Positions 23,143 to 35,300 of a stretch of DNA of 64,000 bases are shown here, piece by piece (position 1 is the first letter of the stretch; the number at the start of each line of letters is the position of its first letter). A program made the translations under genes and the position numbers. This DNA is from Gekko japonicus. Its lineage: Eukaryota. Location: positions 2,059,770-2,123,769 of the forward strand of contig NW_015167061.1 of the NCBI RefSeq assembly GCF_001447785.1. The letters are read 5' to 3'. The notes beneath the pieces are model-generated. The model did no database searches and was not told where the DNA came from. It saw only the letters and a program-made list of their open reading frames with translations.

Positions 23143-23379
23143 TCAAGGCATCGTCATGTTCCACCACTTGAAGGAGAAAGGCTGCCGACAGACGTTGGTG
23201 CCGCAGTGGATCTCGCCGTGCTTTTGGTGGTAGGCTTTGTAGTCGTCGATGAAGGTGCAGGACAAGCCCAGGGGCTCCAGCAGCCACCGGACTTCCTTTT
23301 CCAGGCAACACTGTCTGTTAACCATGGGCCCGAATGGCTTGGGGATGCCCAAGTGCCTCTCCAGAACGAGCATGTTCAC
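23143..23379 (-). CDS. PADI-A exon 16 (catalytic Cys, stop)
   Basis: [18 protein letters not shown]...[25 protein letters not shown]. Confidence 0.96.
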   Translation of the reverse strand: MNMLVLERHLGIPKPFGPMVNRQCCLEKEVRWLLEPLGLSCTFIDDYKAYHQKHGEIHCGTNVCRQPFSFKWWNMTMP

Positions 23380-26300
23380 CTGCAGGGAGGAGATGGGCCA
23401 TGCCGGAGGGATGAGAGAGGCTCCAGGCCGTGGTGGATGCTCTGGCGGACTAGCCAGAGTTTTGACATGTAGAATGGATGGATAGTGAAGCCTCACCGGT
23501 TTAGGTAGTGGGTGGGGGTGGGTGGCGTGTCTACTCAGAGAAGTTCCAACCCATTTTGAAGTTGGGCCTTTTAGGGGAGGCCATTCAACTGCTGCCGTGA
23601 TCACGGGCACCTCTGGCCTGCTCCACCCGCGAGGCTGCAGTGTCGGAGATGCCATTCCCCGCTTTCAGCCTCTAATAAGGTGGGGTGGGAACAGGAGGAG
23701 GAAGGCAGGTTTTGAATGGTTGGCAGAGACTGTAATTAGGAGGGAGATTCTAGTGCTTCGGGCATCCTGTGGTAAGACTGAGGGGGCCGGCAGGGTGTGT
23801 GAGAGAATGTTGACAACCTAGAGGCCAAAGGCGGAGTACAAGAAGTGGCAGTCGTGGGAACAGGCCCTGCTGGAAAGCACCTGTACGGGGACCAGGGTCG
23901 AGAGGTGTCTGCCTAGCATCCTTTGCTCTGTTCTCAAAGTCGGCATCCGAGAAAAGAAAGCGCCGGCAGAGTCTTACCATGTTGGGGAAGTACGCAGCAG
24001 CCTGGCCAGAAGGATCCTCGGGCGTAAACAGCTGGGGGAGGTCGATGATGTCTTCCTCGGTCAGCCCCAGCTCCTCCTTGAGGATGTCCCGGTTCCAGTC
24101 GATGCATTTCTGGAGAGGAGGGAAAGCAAATGCTGCTGTGGCCTCGGGCCAGTGCCAAGCGGTCCCTCCCCCAGCCATGTATCAAAGGAGAGGTGGAGAA
24201 CAAGGGGGCAAGGGTCTGTGGCGGGAGAAAGGACCCTCTTCTATGGGGAGGGCATCTCAAGCGCTGCCCCCCTGCCAGGGCACCTCTACCCCCTCGGCCG
24301 TCCACATTCTCATTCTGCTGCTTGTGTAGACCCAGGACACCAGTGCTGCCCTTGGCCGTCCCTGGAAACCCCAAATGCCTGCCGGCACAGCTAATTGTGT
24401 GTGTGTGGGGGGGGTTACCTGGAAATACTCATTGCTGCTCTTCAAATCTCGGTCAGCCAGAATACTTTTTATTTTGACCTGACTGCAAGTATCCAGTTTC
24501 CCTGTAACGAGAGTGGCATTGCTGCTTGGTTAATCCTCATCTGAGATATAAAACCCCTTGAGGCCCGGCCAGTCCCCAAGTCAGGAGCCATCTTATGAAC
24601 CTACCAGGCATTGCTCTCTGCTGAGTCTCCTCTTAGTCCCACAGCCAAGCGTCTTCCTTAGCTGTTCTACCAATGAGAAGCTGGAGACCAAACCCCAGAT
24701 GTTCAGGATGGAAACTGCTGGATTTATGGTCAAATCCAGCTTCCATTTCCTCTGGGTATCTTCCTGGGGCAGGCCATAGATGCCATTCTCCACTTTTATC
24801 TGCCTGGCTGGGTCAGCCCTACCTGTGCTGTGGGGGACCCTGCAGGAGGTCTGTTTTAACCCCCCCGGGTCTCCCCACCAGGGCTCCCTCTAAGCTGTGG
24901 AGTCTTGTGAGCAAAAATTCTACTTTGTGGGCTACGGGCATTAAAGTTATGACCGAGCGATTTGGCTGCTGCATAAATCAGTTTGCTCTGGAGCCATCCT
25001 TCCTGAGCGAAGACAAAAATGTGTGAGCCGGAGGCTAAAAAACTGTGAGCTAGCTCACACTAACTCAGCTTAGAGGGAACACTGGACAAGCAAAAATTCT
25101 ACTTTGTGAGCGACTGGCATTAAAGTTGTGAGCGAGCCATTTGGCTGCCGCATGAAATAGTTTGCTCTGGAGTCATCCCTTCCTGAGCTAAGACGAAAAT
25201 GTATGAGCTGGAGGCTAAAAAACTGTGAGCTAGCTCACACTAACTCATCTTAGAGGCCAGTTTGGTGTAGTGGTTAAGTGCGCGGACTCTAATCTGGGAG
25301 AACCGGGTTTAATTCCCCACTCCTCCACATGCAGCTGCTGGTGTGACCTTGGGTCAGTTACAAGTTCTTTCAGAGCAGTTCTTGAGCGAGCTCTCTCAGC
25401 CCCACCTACCTCACAGGGTGTCTGTTGTGAGGAGGGGAAGGGAATGTAAACCGCTCTGAGACTCCTTTGGGTAGTGAAGGGTGGGGGGTATAAATCCAGT
25501 CTTCTTCTTATACTGTTTTTCCGGTTTTTCAGCTTAGTCAATTGAAGGTGGAGGATGTTCTGAATAATCATGGGCTACAGGAGGCCCCATAAACAGAAGC
25601 TGGCCCTTTTATCCTGCCCCTTCCCCAAGGAGTGCTGGGCATCGTGTGTGTGATTCTGCGCTCCTCAAAACAATCCTGTGGAGTAGACCAGGCCAAGAGG
25701 GTGTGTGCCTAGCCTATGGTCACCTTCAAGGCTGGGCTCTGGTCCTGTTCTGATGCTCAGTCTGTTACACCACAGTGTGTGTGTAGACGCCTGGTACTCT
25801 ATCCTCACCTACACAGAGAGTGTAACGCCTGTTCACTCTTTCTGGTCCTCTTAGCAAACTTAGATCCTCTGCTATTTAGGAGATTCATCAGAAACAAAAG
25901 GCATTCTTGTAGGCTGCTCAAATGCTTGCCTTTTCCCCTGGTATGGGGTTATCCAGCACAATTGTGCCCACCTGCTTTCACATCTTCTACTCCTAAAGAA
26001 GACGGGGACGGCAAAGGATGAGATGGTTAGACAGTGTCATCGATGCAACGAACATGAAATTGAGCCAGCTTCAGAGGACGGCGGAAGACAGGAGGGCCTG
26101 GCGGGAGATGATCCATGGGGTCGCGAAGAGTCGGACTCGACTGTGCGACTGAACAACAACAACTCCTAAAAGTTCCCCCAATGCAGAGTTGTCAAGCTGT
26201 GCTTTTGGCTTACTTAGAGAGAACATGTACTATAAGGCCTGCTGATCAACATGCCACTGTGGCCAAGTTCTCTTCCCTTGATGGCCTGTAAGGTTTGGCA

Positions 26301-29300
26301 TGAGCATGTTCTGGTGACGGTTCTTGCTTGCCCTAGAGACCAGATTATTCTGAGTCTGAGCTGAACGTGGCTTCTCTCTTTGTAGGCTTGGGATATTTTT
26401 CTAATGACTTTTGGTTCTGTCGAGCTAAGCACAGCTGGATGGCTGACAGTCCACTACGAATTCTAGGGAAGCAAGATCGTCCTTTCTGAAGGCTTCAGCC
26501 AGAAGAACCCCCTCACCTACCTTCAAACATGAGCGCGTCTCCGTAGCCCTCTTGCTCCTTCTGCTTCAGCAGTTTGTAGCAGGCGGTGGGACTGGCCAGG
26601 AGCAGGCGGAAACCCTGGAAGCCAAAGAGGGCAGGCGGTGAGTGGGGGGGGGGGAGAGAAGCAGGAAAGAGATAGGGCTGGACATAAGAACATAAGAGAC
26701 GCCAATGTTGGATCAGGCCAAAGGCCCATCCAGTCCAACACTCTGTTTCCCACAGTGGCCAAAAATACCAGGGTCCATCAGGAGGTCCAGCAGTGGGGCC
26801 AGGAGGACACTAGAAGCCCCTCCCTCTGTTGCCCCCCCAAGCACCAAAAATACAGAGCATCCCTTGCCCCAGCCTGAGAGTTCCTATCTATACCTTGAGG
26901 CTAATAGCCACCGATGGACCTCTGCTCCAGATGCTTATCTAATTCCCCCTTGAAGCTGTCCATGCTTGTAGCCACCACCACCTCCTGTGGCAGTGAATTC
27001 CATGTGTGACGGGTACTGTACCACCGTCGTTATGTAAATTGTTTTTAGCAACCATGTGTGTATTTTATGCTGATATTTATGTTGTTGTTCAGTTACCGCT
27101 GTTTTATGTAAGCCACCCTGAGCCTGCCTTGGCGGGGAGGGCGGGATAAAAATCAAATGAATAAATAAACGAAGCATTAACACAGAGGAGAATCCATTGG
27201 AGCGCACCTCCCCACCCCACCTTAAAGCCTTTTCTTAATGGAACATAGGTCAGTTCTAACCGATGTATGAAACATCGGGGGAAGGCCTCGGCCTCTGTGC
27301 CCTGATGATGGGCCTCGACTGGTTGGCTGCTCTGTGGGACAGGATGCTGGACTAGACGGACCCTCGCCGGTCTGACCCAGCAGGGCTCTTCTGTTCCGTT
27401 TTCCAAGCCTAATTCTGGATCCAGCAGAGTTTTCACCACATGAATCTGCTTGACACGGACTTAGACCCTGAGTCAATCAGTGTCTCACCGCTGTCTACTC
27501 AGACTGGCAGTGGCTCTCCGGGTCCCAGACAGCGGTCTTCCTTATCACCTCGTACCCGGTCCTTTCTTCCAGAGATGCCAGGGATTGGAGGTGGGGCCTC
27601 CTGCGTGCCAAGCAGGTGCCCCTACCTACGAGACGCAGCCCGTCCTTCGCCGTGCCCCCCTCAGTGAGCCCATGAGCGGCAAAGGAGAGTCAAGGTTCTG
27701 TCTCCAGGCATTTGCATGCCTAATCGATTGCCTGCCTAGCTTGTCTGTCAGGTTTCCCTGCCCTGGAGTTAAGGCAGGAATCAAGGGAAGGATGACAGTT
27801 GCAGAGAGAGGAGATGCAATCAGTCGTTTCAGTCGGACAGGAGAGAAGGCTTCATAAGTGCAAATAAGCATAGTTGGGTAACAGCAAAAGCAGGACATTG
27901 TTCACGTGAAAGAGAACGCTGGGCCCCCGTGTGCCCTCGGATCCCTTGCACCTCCAAGTCGCAGGAGTGAGATAAACGGATCACGTCCCTCCACAAAGAG
28001 GTGCAGACATCTGTACAACCCACAGTCATGACTCAGACTGAAGAATCTTGGGACAAAGAGCACTGAGTGCTGTCTGCTCATCTTGATTCTAGGTACATCA
28101 TGTGTTTGAAATCTTTATTTCATTTATGTCAGTTACAGGCTGCTTTTCTTGGAGAAACTGGAGTTGGATTACAGAGTATAGGAATAAGCACAGGCAAACA
28201 GCCGTGACCTCCAATAAACAAGGCCGTTGGAGTGGGATTCCAGAACTGGGAAGCACTGCTACCAACAAGTTGTCTGAGGTGTAACATCCCATAGTGCAGA
28301 AAGCGAGTTACAAAGGTAGAAGACTATGCAGGTAAAGGAAGGTGTTGCATGCAACACACACTGCGAGATTCTGCAATCCTTTTACCTTATTAAAAAAAAA
28401 CAGCCTCCTGCCCTGTCCCAGCATGGTTCAAATCCCTGTATAAAAATGCCTCCTGGATATGTCTGTTTTGCACATTCTGCAGAACGGGGTGGGGGTGGGG
28501 CGCTCCCTGACCCCCTTAGTCAGGCCGTTCCACACGGAAGGGGCCCCAAGATAGAATGCACATGAGTTGGGCAGGTGCTGTTCGTATCCACCAGTTTCAT
28601 TTTAGACACCAGATGCAGTTTTTTAGCTCTTGGGCCTGGGGTCTATACGTGCAGTGCCTGCCAAAAACCTCAAAGAGGGCATGAATAAGGTTTTCAGGTG
28701 CGGGGGGTGGGGCTTCAGTGTCCTTGCTACTCTCGCAACCCCACCCCACCCCCAATCAGAAAGCTTTATATAAAAATGGGGAAATAGAACATTACAAAAA
28801 CAAGCCAGTTTGGTGTAGTGGTTAGGTGCGCGGACTCTAATCTGGGAGAACCGGGTTTGATTCCCCACTCCTCCACTTGCACCTGGCTGGATGTTGGGTA
28901 TTTGCATGTTGAAAACACTCAATGTGTGTGTGTATGGGGTTAAATGTCTGTTTTGTTGTTACAGGAAGTCACCTGCCTTTGTGTTAGCCAATGTTAGCTT
29001 AAGTCTGTTAGCCTGCGAAAAGCATCCCTGTTCTGAGAGTTTGATTGGAAGCAAAGTGTTAGTGTCTTTGCATTTTATGGCCTCTCTTCCCCTCTTTGTT
29101 TGTCTTGAAGAAGGAGCATGCTACAGAGGCCATTACAGTTCTTCTAGTCTAGTGAGAGGATGTAGCTTATATAGCTGTTGTTGTTTTCTCCCAAGTTACC
29201 CTTCCCTATGGTAGAATTGTAGTAAACTTTTATATTTTAAACACACATGGACTCTGGGTCTGATTATTGAACTCTGGCATTGCTAAGCTGTTTTTTTTAA

Positions 29301-32300
29301 CTCTGCTGAATTTCATAAAATACTCCAACACTGGATGACCTTGGGCAACCCACAGTTCTGGCACAGCTTGTTCCTGAAAGAGCAGTTCCTGTCAGAGCTC
29401 TCTCAGCCCCACCCACCTCACAGGGTGTCTGTTGTGGGGAGGGGAAGGGAAAGGAGCTTGTCAGCCGCTCTGAGACTCCTTTGGGGGTAGTGAAGGGCCA
29501 TGGGGGTATACATCCAATCTCTTCGTCTTCTTCTTCTTCTTTATGTGAGCCTCCCTGAGCCACCCTTGGCTGGGAGGGCGGGGTAGAAATTTTAAGAAAA
29601 GGAATAAATAAATAAAGCTGCACCATTAGCATATTTTATGCAGGGCAGAGGTCAGGGGATATTTTCATACCTACCTTTCGATCAGGAGCCGGGACAAAAG
29701 TCAGGAACTCGTCCACGTGCCCCACAACCAGCCAATCCGAATCCAGCTCCACAGGAGACTGCACCTGCTGGGCAAAGAGGAAGTCCCGGACGACCTTAAA
29801 CATCTCTCGGTTTTCTGCCCTGTTAAGCAAAGACAAGCAGTGGTCGTTTAAGGGCTGCATCCAGCCCAGTGCTGGCACCAGCTACCTCTTCCCATTTCCA
29901 GGGTGGTCTGCATTTCCCTGGAGAAATCCGTGGACGGCCTCTTCACCGCCGTGGTGTCTTTCCTTGCTCCTGCTTCACACACATTTTCCAGTCATGCACA
30001 ATGACTGAAGGGGCCTCTGCTTCATGGCAGAGTGGCAGACGAGAGAGAGAGAGAGAGAGGAACAGATTTAAAAGCAAGGGGAGAGCCCTGCTGGTCAGAC
30101 TGGTGGCCCGTCTGGTCCAGCATCATCCCGTTTTCCACAGTGACCCACTGGGTAGCCCCGGGAGGCCTGCAAACAGCATGGAGACCAAAACCACCTCTTC
30201 TTGTGTTTCCCCCGCCCCACCCAGGTATTCAGAGGCTGGCAGTTCCGTTTAGCCCTCATGGCAAGTAGGCTGTGCCGGAGGCCTCTCCTCCATTCCATTC
30301 GTCTGCCTGATCCCCTTTTCCAGCTGTCTAAGCCCTGGGGCATCCACCCCATCCTGTGGCACCGAGTTCCACAAGTTGATGATGCATCATGGAAGGAAGC
30401 GTTTTCCCATGCGAGCCCTGACTCAGCCACACCCACACGGCCAGGGTGATGAGCGGGCCAGCTGTCTGCTAAACCCGCTCAAGTGACTCCTGTCCCCCAA
30501 CAGAAGCCCAGGCTAGCCCAATTGCGGAAGCTAAGCAGGGTTGGCCCTGGTTATTACTTGGATGGGAGACCAAGGAAGTCCAGGGTTGCTATGCAGAGGC
30601 AGGCAAGGGCAAACCACCTCCGTTTGTCTCTGCCTTGGCCTCTATGGCCCATGCTAGCCTGATCTCCTCATATGTTGGAAGCTAAGCAGGGTCAGGCTTG
30701 GTTAGTTCTTGGGTGGGAGACCTCCCCCCCCCCCCAAGGCAATGCTCCCTCTAAGCTGTAGAGTCTTGTGAGCAAAAATTCTACTCTGTGAGGTGCTGGC
30801 ATTAAAGTTATGAGCAAGTGATTTGGCTCCTGCATCAATTAGTTCGCTGTGAGCCTGAGGCTAAAAAACTATGCCGAAGAATAGATTCTTTTGAACTAGG
30901 GTACTGGAGAAGACTCTTGAGAGTCCCCTGGACTGCAAGGAGATCAAATCAGTCAATCCTAAAGGAAATCAACCCTGACTGTTCCCTGGAAGGCCAGATA
31001 ATGAAACTGAAGCTCCAAGACTTTGGCCACCCAATGAGAAGGGAGCCCTCACTGGAGAAGAAGACCCTGACGCTGGGAAAGATTGAAGGTCAAAGAAGAT
31101 AGGGACGGCAAAGGATGAGATGGTTAGACAGTGTCATAGATGCAATGAACATGAAGTTGCGCCAACTTCAGAGGACGGCGGAAGATAGGAAGGCCTGGCG
31201 GGATCTGGTCCATGGGGTCGCGAAGAGTCAGACTCGACTGTGCGACTGAACAACAACAACAAGCTCACAACTAGCTCAGCTTAGAGGGAACACTGCTCCA
31301 AGGAAGTCCAGGGGTTCTACACAGAGGCAGGCCATGGCAACCCACCTCTAAACATCTCTTGCCTTGAAAACCCTGCGGGGTTTCCACAAGTCAGTGGTGC
31401 TTCAACAGCACTTCCTATCAACAGAGCCCAACGCTCACTCACCTGGAGATGTAGCTGCCGATGAGGATTCTCCCCAGGGGGTACTGCTTGCCCTTGACGG
31501 TCACCGGGGGGCTGACTTCCAGGTTTCCAAAGGAGTCCAGTTGTGAGGCAACTTGATCAGTAGCCGGCTCTCGTTTCACATAACCAAAATCCGGGCCCTT
31601 TCATGGGTGCAAATGAGAGCAGAGTTAGATCATTCTCATCTCCACGGGTATAGCAAATAGCGGCGTGAAAGGAAAGTGCTGCAACGGCCACAGTGGCTAC
31701 AGCCGGTCTTTGCAGGGCAAATTCATGGCCGTCGGCAGCTGTTAGTGAAGAGAGCTAAAGTGGAACCAGAATGGAGTTTGGTGGCATTCTACCAGTTTAA
31801 ACAGCTGACATTAGTAATCAATTTCAGGCCTTGCCTCTGAGCATCAAAGGAGCATCCATGGACACACCTCAGTGTGATTCAGCAGACCAATGGCAAAAGG
31901 AGTGGCATTGCAAATTATTCACCAGCCAGCTGTGCAGAGGGATGCCTCTGACTTGCACCCAAGGGCCCATTCTGCATCTAGCATTTGCTCCGCTGTTTTA
32001 CCAAACCTATGGTTGAAGAGGAAATTCCCCTCTACGGTTGCACGCCCCTTTCACTGCGATTGTTGGATTTGATGGCAGTGTCCAGTCTGCATGCTGGTTT
32101 CACTTCCTTTGATCTCTCAGTTTTATAGAAGCCGTCTGGATAGATTTATGGCCATTTTGTGGCCGTTCAGGGGTGACTCTGCAGTCAGTATGGCGTTGGC
32201 CGGGGGTACCTGAATGTGGTTTTGAGCTGCATCTTTTCCTGTTCCAGTGTGGGTTTGGTAAAACAATGGAGAGAGTGCTAGATGCAGAATGGGCCAAGAA

Positions 32301-35300
32301 GGGGAACGGGAGGCAAAACTGCCCTGGAACAAGGCCCCCGATGGAGGGAGGGGAGAAGAAGAGAGAAGAGGTTGGATTTATCCCCCGTCCTTCACTCCCC
32401 GGAGGAGTCTCAGAGCGGCTTACAAACTCCTTTCCCTCCCCCCCCCCCCACAACAGACAGACACCCTGTGAGGCAGGCGGGGCTGAGAGAGCTCTGACAG
32501 AAACTGCTCTTTTTTCAAGAACAGCTGTGCCAGAATTATGGCTTGCGCAAGGTCATCCAGCAGGTGCAAGTGGAGGCGTGGGGAATCAAACCCAGTTCTC
32601 CCAGATTAGAGTCCGCCTGCACTTAGCCACTCCACCAAAGGCCTGCACTCGCAGCAGAGGAAAGAGCGAAGGAGCAGGCTTGCAGCAGCGTCTTGCACTT
32701 TTCGGTGGCCACGCAAGATCCAACTCATCTCATACCGGCCGGCTGCCATTGTCCCCACCTCAGAGTCAGTGTGGTCCCACCGGCAGGGGCTCTAATGTCC
32801 AGTCTGCCCTTGCTGCCCAGCCGCCTCTGCCAGCAAAGGGCTCCAGCAGCATCCCAAGAATATCCCAGCTTTCGAATGACAAAAGCCCAAGTTGGATGTC
32901 CTCAAGACGGGAGAACTTCTCTTTGACCATTTCTCATTCTCAGGCCCTTACATGCAAATGTCACCGTTTCTCTAGCCAGGAGGCCCCAGGCACGAAGGGT
33001 CAGGGAGCTCAACCACATACCAAGAGGTCTTTAAAGGGGAAATCCTTCAGCTCTCTGTTTCTAGGGGAGTCGAAGACTACCGGAAACCCTTTGTGGGGAG
33101 CCTGCACGTAGCCGATCTCCATCTCGTCCTGTTCCGGCAGATGAAACGAGAGAGAGAGAGAGAGACGCTCCTTAATTCCTCATGCCGAGCGGTGAGCACA
33201 GCAGCAACAGTCTCCGGTACCCACACCCTTAAAACCACTGGGGCAAGTCTGTCCCGAAACGCCCCGAATCTCAGCTCCATCTCAGAGCCTCACGACACCC
33301 GTTTTCTCTACTGATGACTCCCCAGGGCACTTCAATGCCTTTGTTACAAGGCAATAATTGGCACATAGGAAAGCATGCTAATTTCTTGTATCCTTGTAAA
33401 GTGTATTATATGTGCACACAAAACGCAGGAAAGCTGATACACTTGGAAAACCGGCTCCCGTCTGCACTCGGCACTGCAAGGAATGCTTTCCTATCCACAA
33501 ACTGTGATTGCTGGGGGGGGGGGACACCCAGGAGCTGCCCCCAGTCCCTGGGGCTGCACCTTATCCAACATGATCTGCCGGCCCGTCAGCCTAGCTGCAG
33601 CTCTGCCTCCATTCCCGCAGTCACCTGGATCCAGCGATCTCCGTGGTTCTTCTCTCCTTCGCAGACCGTCAGAGCACAGCCAGCTTTCCACGTCAGCTCT
33701 TTCACAGCACCCACAAAGTCTGTGTTCTTGCTCTCCCTGGCCAGCTTGCTCACAGCCACCACGAAGTCCCTGTCGTTGGTCTTCCTGACCAGCCTGCACA
33801 CGTCGGTCACCACGCCGGGGTTCTCGCTCTCTCTGTGCAACTCTTCCACTGCTTCCACCAAGCAGCTGTAGCCTCTGCTTTCGGCAAGCTCCAGCACCTC
33901 GTCCACAAATTCATCACTGTCGCTAATGCTGGGTATCAGAATGAGAAGGTGAGGAAACTGAAAGCAAGCCACACGCAAAGAAGAAGAAGAGGAGAAGAGA
34001 TTGGATTTATACCCTGCCCTTCAGAGCAGCTGACAAACTCCTTTCCCTTCCCCTCCCCACAACAGACACCCTGTGAGGTAGGTGGGGCTGAGAGAGCTCT
34101 TGAGAGAACTGCCCTTGAGAGAACAGCTGTGAAAAAAGAGAAGAGGAGATTGGATTTATACCCCGCCCTTCACTCGGGGCCTCAGAGTGGCTTCCAATCA
34201 ACTTTCCCTTCCCCTCCCCACAACAGACACCCTGTGAGGTAGGCAGGGCTGAGAGAGCTGTGACAGAAACTGCTCTTTCAAGAACAGCTCTTATCAGAGC
34301 TATGGCTTGCCCAAGGTCATCCAGCAGGTGCAAGTGGAGGAGTGGGGAATCAAACCCGGTTCCCCCAGATTAAGCACTACACCAAACTGGCTCAGTTTCT
34401 GAGAGAGGGAAGGGTTTGCAGTTTCGATTAACCAAATGAACGAAAAATGCTGGGCCCAGAATTTGGGCCTGGTGCAAAAAAATGCCAGCACACCAACCGA
34501 AACTTGTTTGTAGAAAATCTCTTACCTGCAGACGTACACTGTTCTCGGTGGCAAGGTATTGGGGGTCATTATCCACGGAGCAACACGGAAAACCACCGAG
34601 TCGCTGAAAATGGGAGTCGCAGGAAATTTCTGTCACGGGGAGGGGAATGCAGGGGGAGGAGGGAAAAAAGTGTTGGCAAGCATGGCTCCCTTGATCCACA
34701 AAGGACTGTGTTAGAAGCCAGGAATGAAGATTCAAGGCCTCTGCACAGAACCAAGAGGCAAGGATGCCCTGAATTATCCCATTTCAGGCTGCGGGTGCTG
34801 CTGAGGTGGGCAGGGACATGTATGAACTCTTTGCCTGGAGAAAAACAGCACATCAGAGGCTTTTCGATGCAAGAGATTTTTAGCCGGGTTTTTTTCCCAA
34901 CTTGCAGTGCCCACTCTCCCGCCCTCCCTCTCTCCCTTTCTCTCTGCCCAGTAACTGCTTGACCACTTGATTCGGCCAGTGATATAAATCCTTCCGCAAA
35001 AGAGCACGTGTAGCAGCCCCTTTCCTCCCACAGGTATTCCAGGGCACAGTGAGTCTCCCCCAGTGCTTGGGCAGAATGCCCCAAACCCTAAACTATCGAC
35101 GGCTTTGTTGTGTCACCACCCCATAAGAAAAAGGGTCTGAGTCCGACTTGCTCTGGTCCTCCTCTACCCACAGACAGGGCTCTTAGCTACCAACGCTGGC
35201 TTGGTTTCTCCTGGTTTTGCAGCCAACTTGCACTAGAGTCAGTGCCCCGTTTCTTCTGAGCCCACACCGTCATCCTGCCCTGGCTCTGTATTATTCTGTC

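Noticed and set aside
30505-30725. 5S rRNA-like sequence
   Set aside because: Partial, degenerate and fused to a SINE body; not a 5S gene.
32173-33111. Longest ORF in the track (312 aa, + strand)
   Set aside because: It runs through a MITE end, an antisense SINE and the antisense strand of PADI-A exon 10; no coherent protein.
33625-33928. Exon 9 repeat as an assembly collapse or expansion artefact
   Set aside because: The five units are far too diverged from each other to be mis-assembled copies of one read segment.
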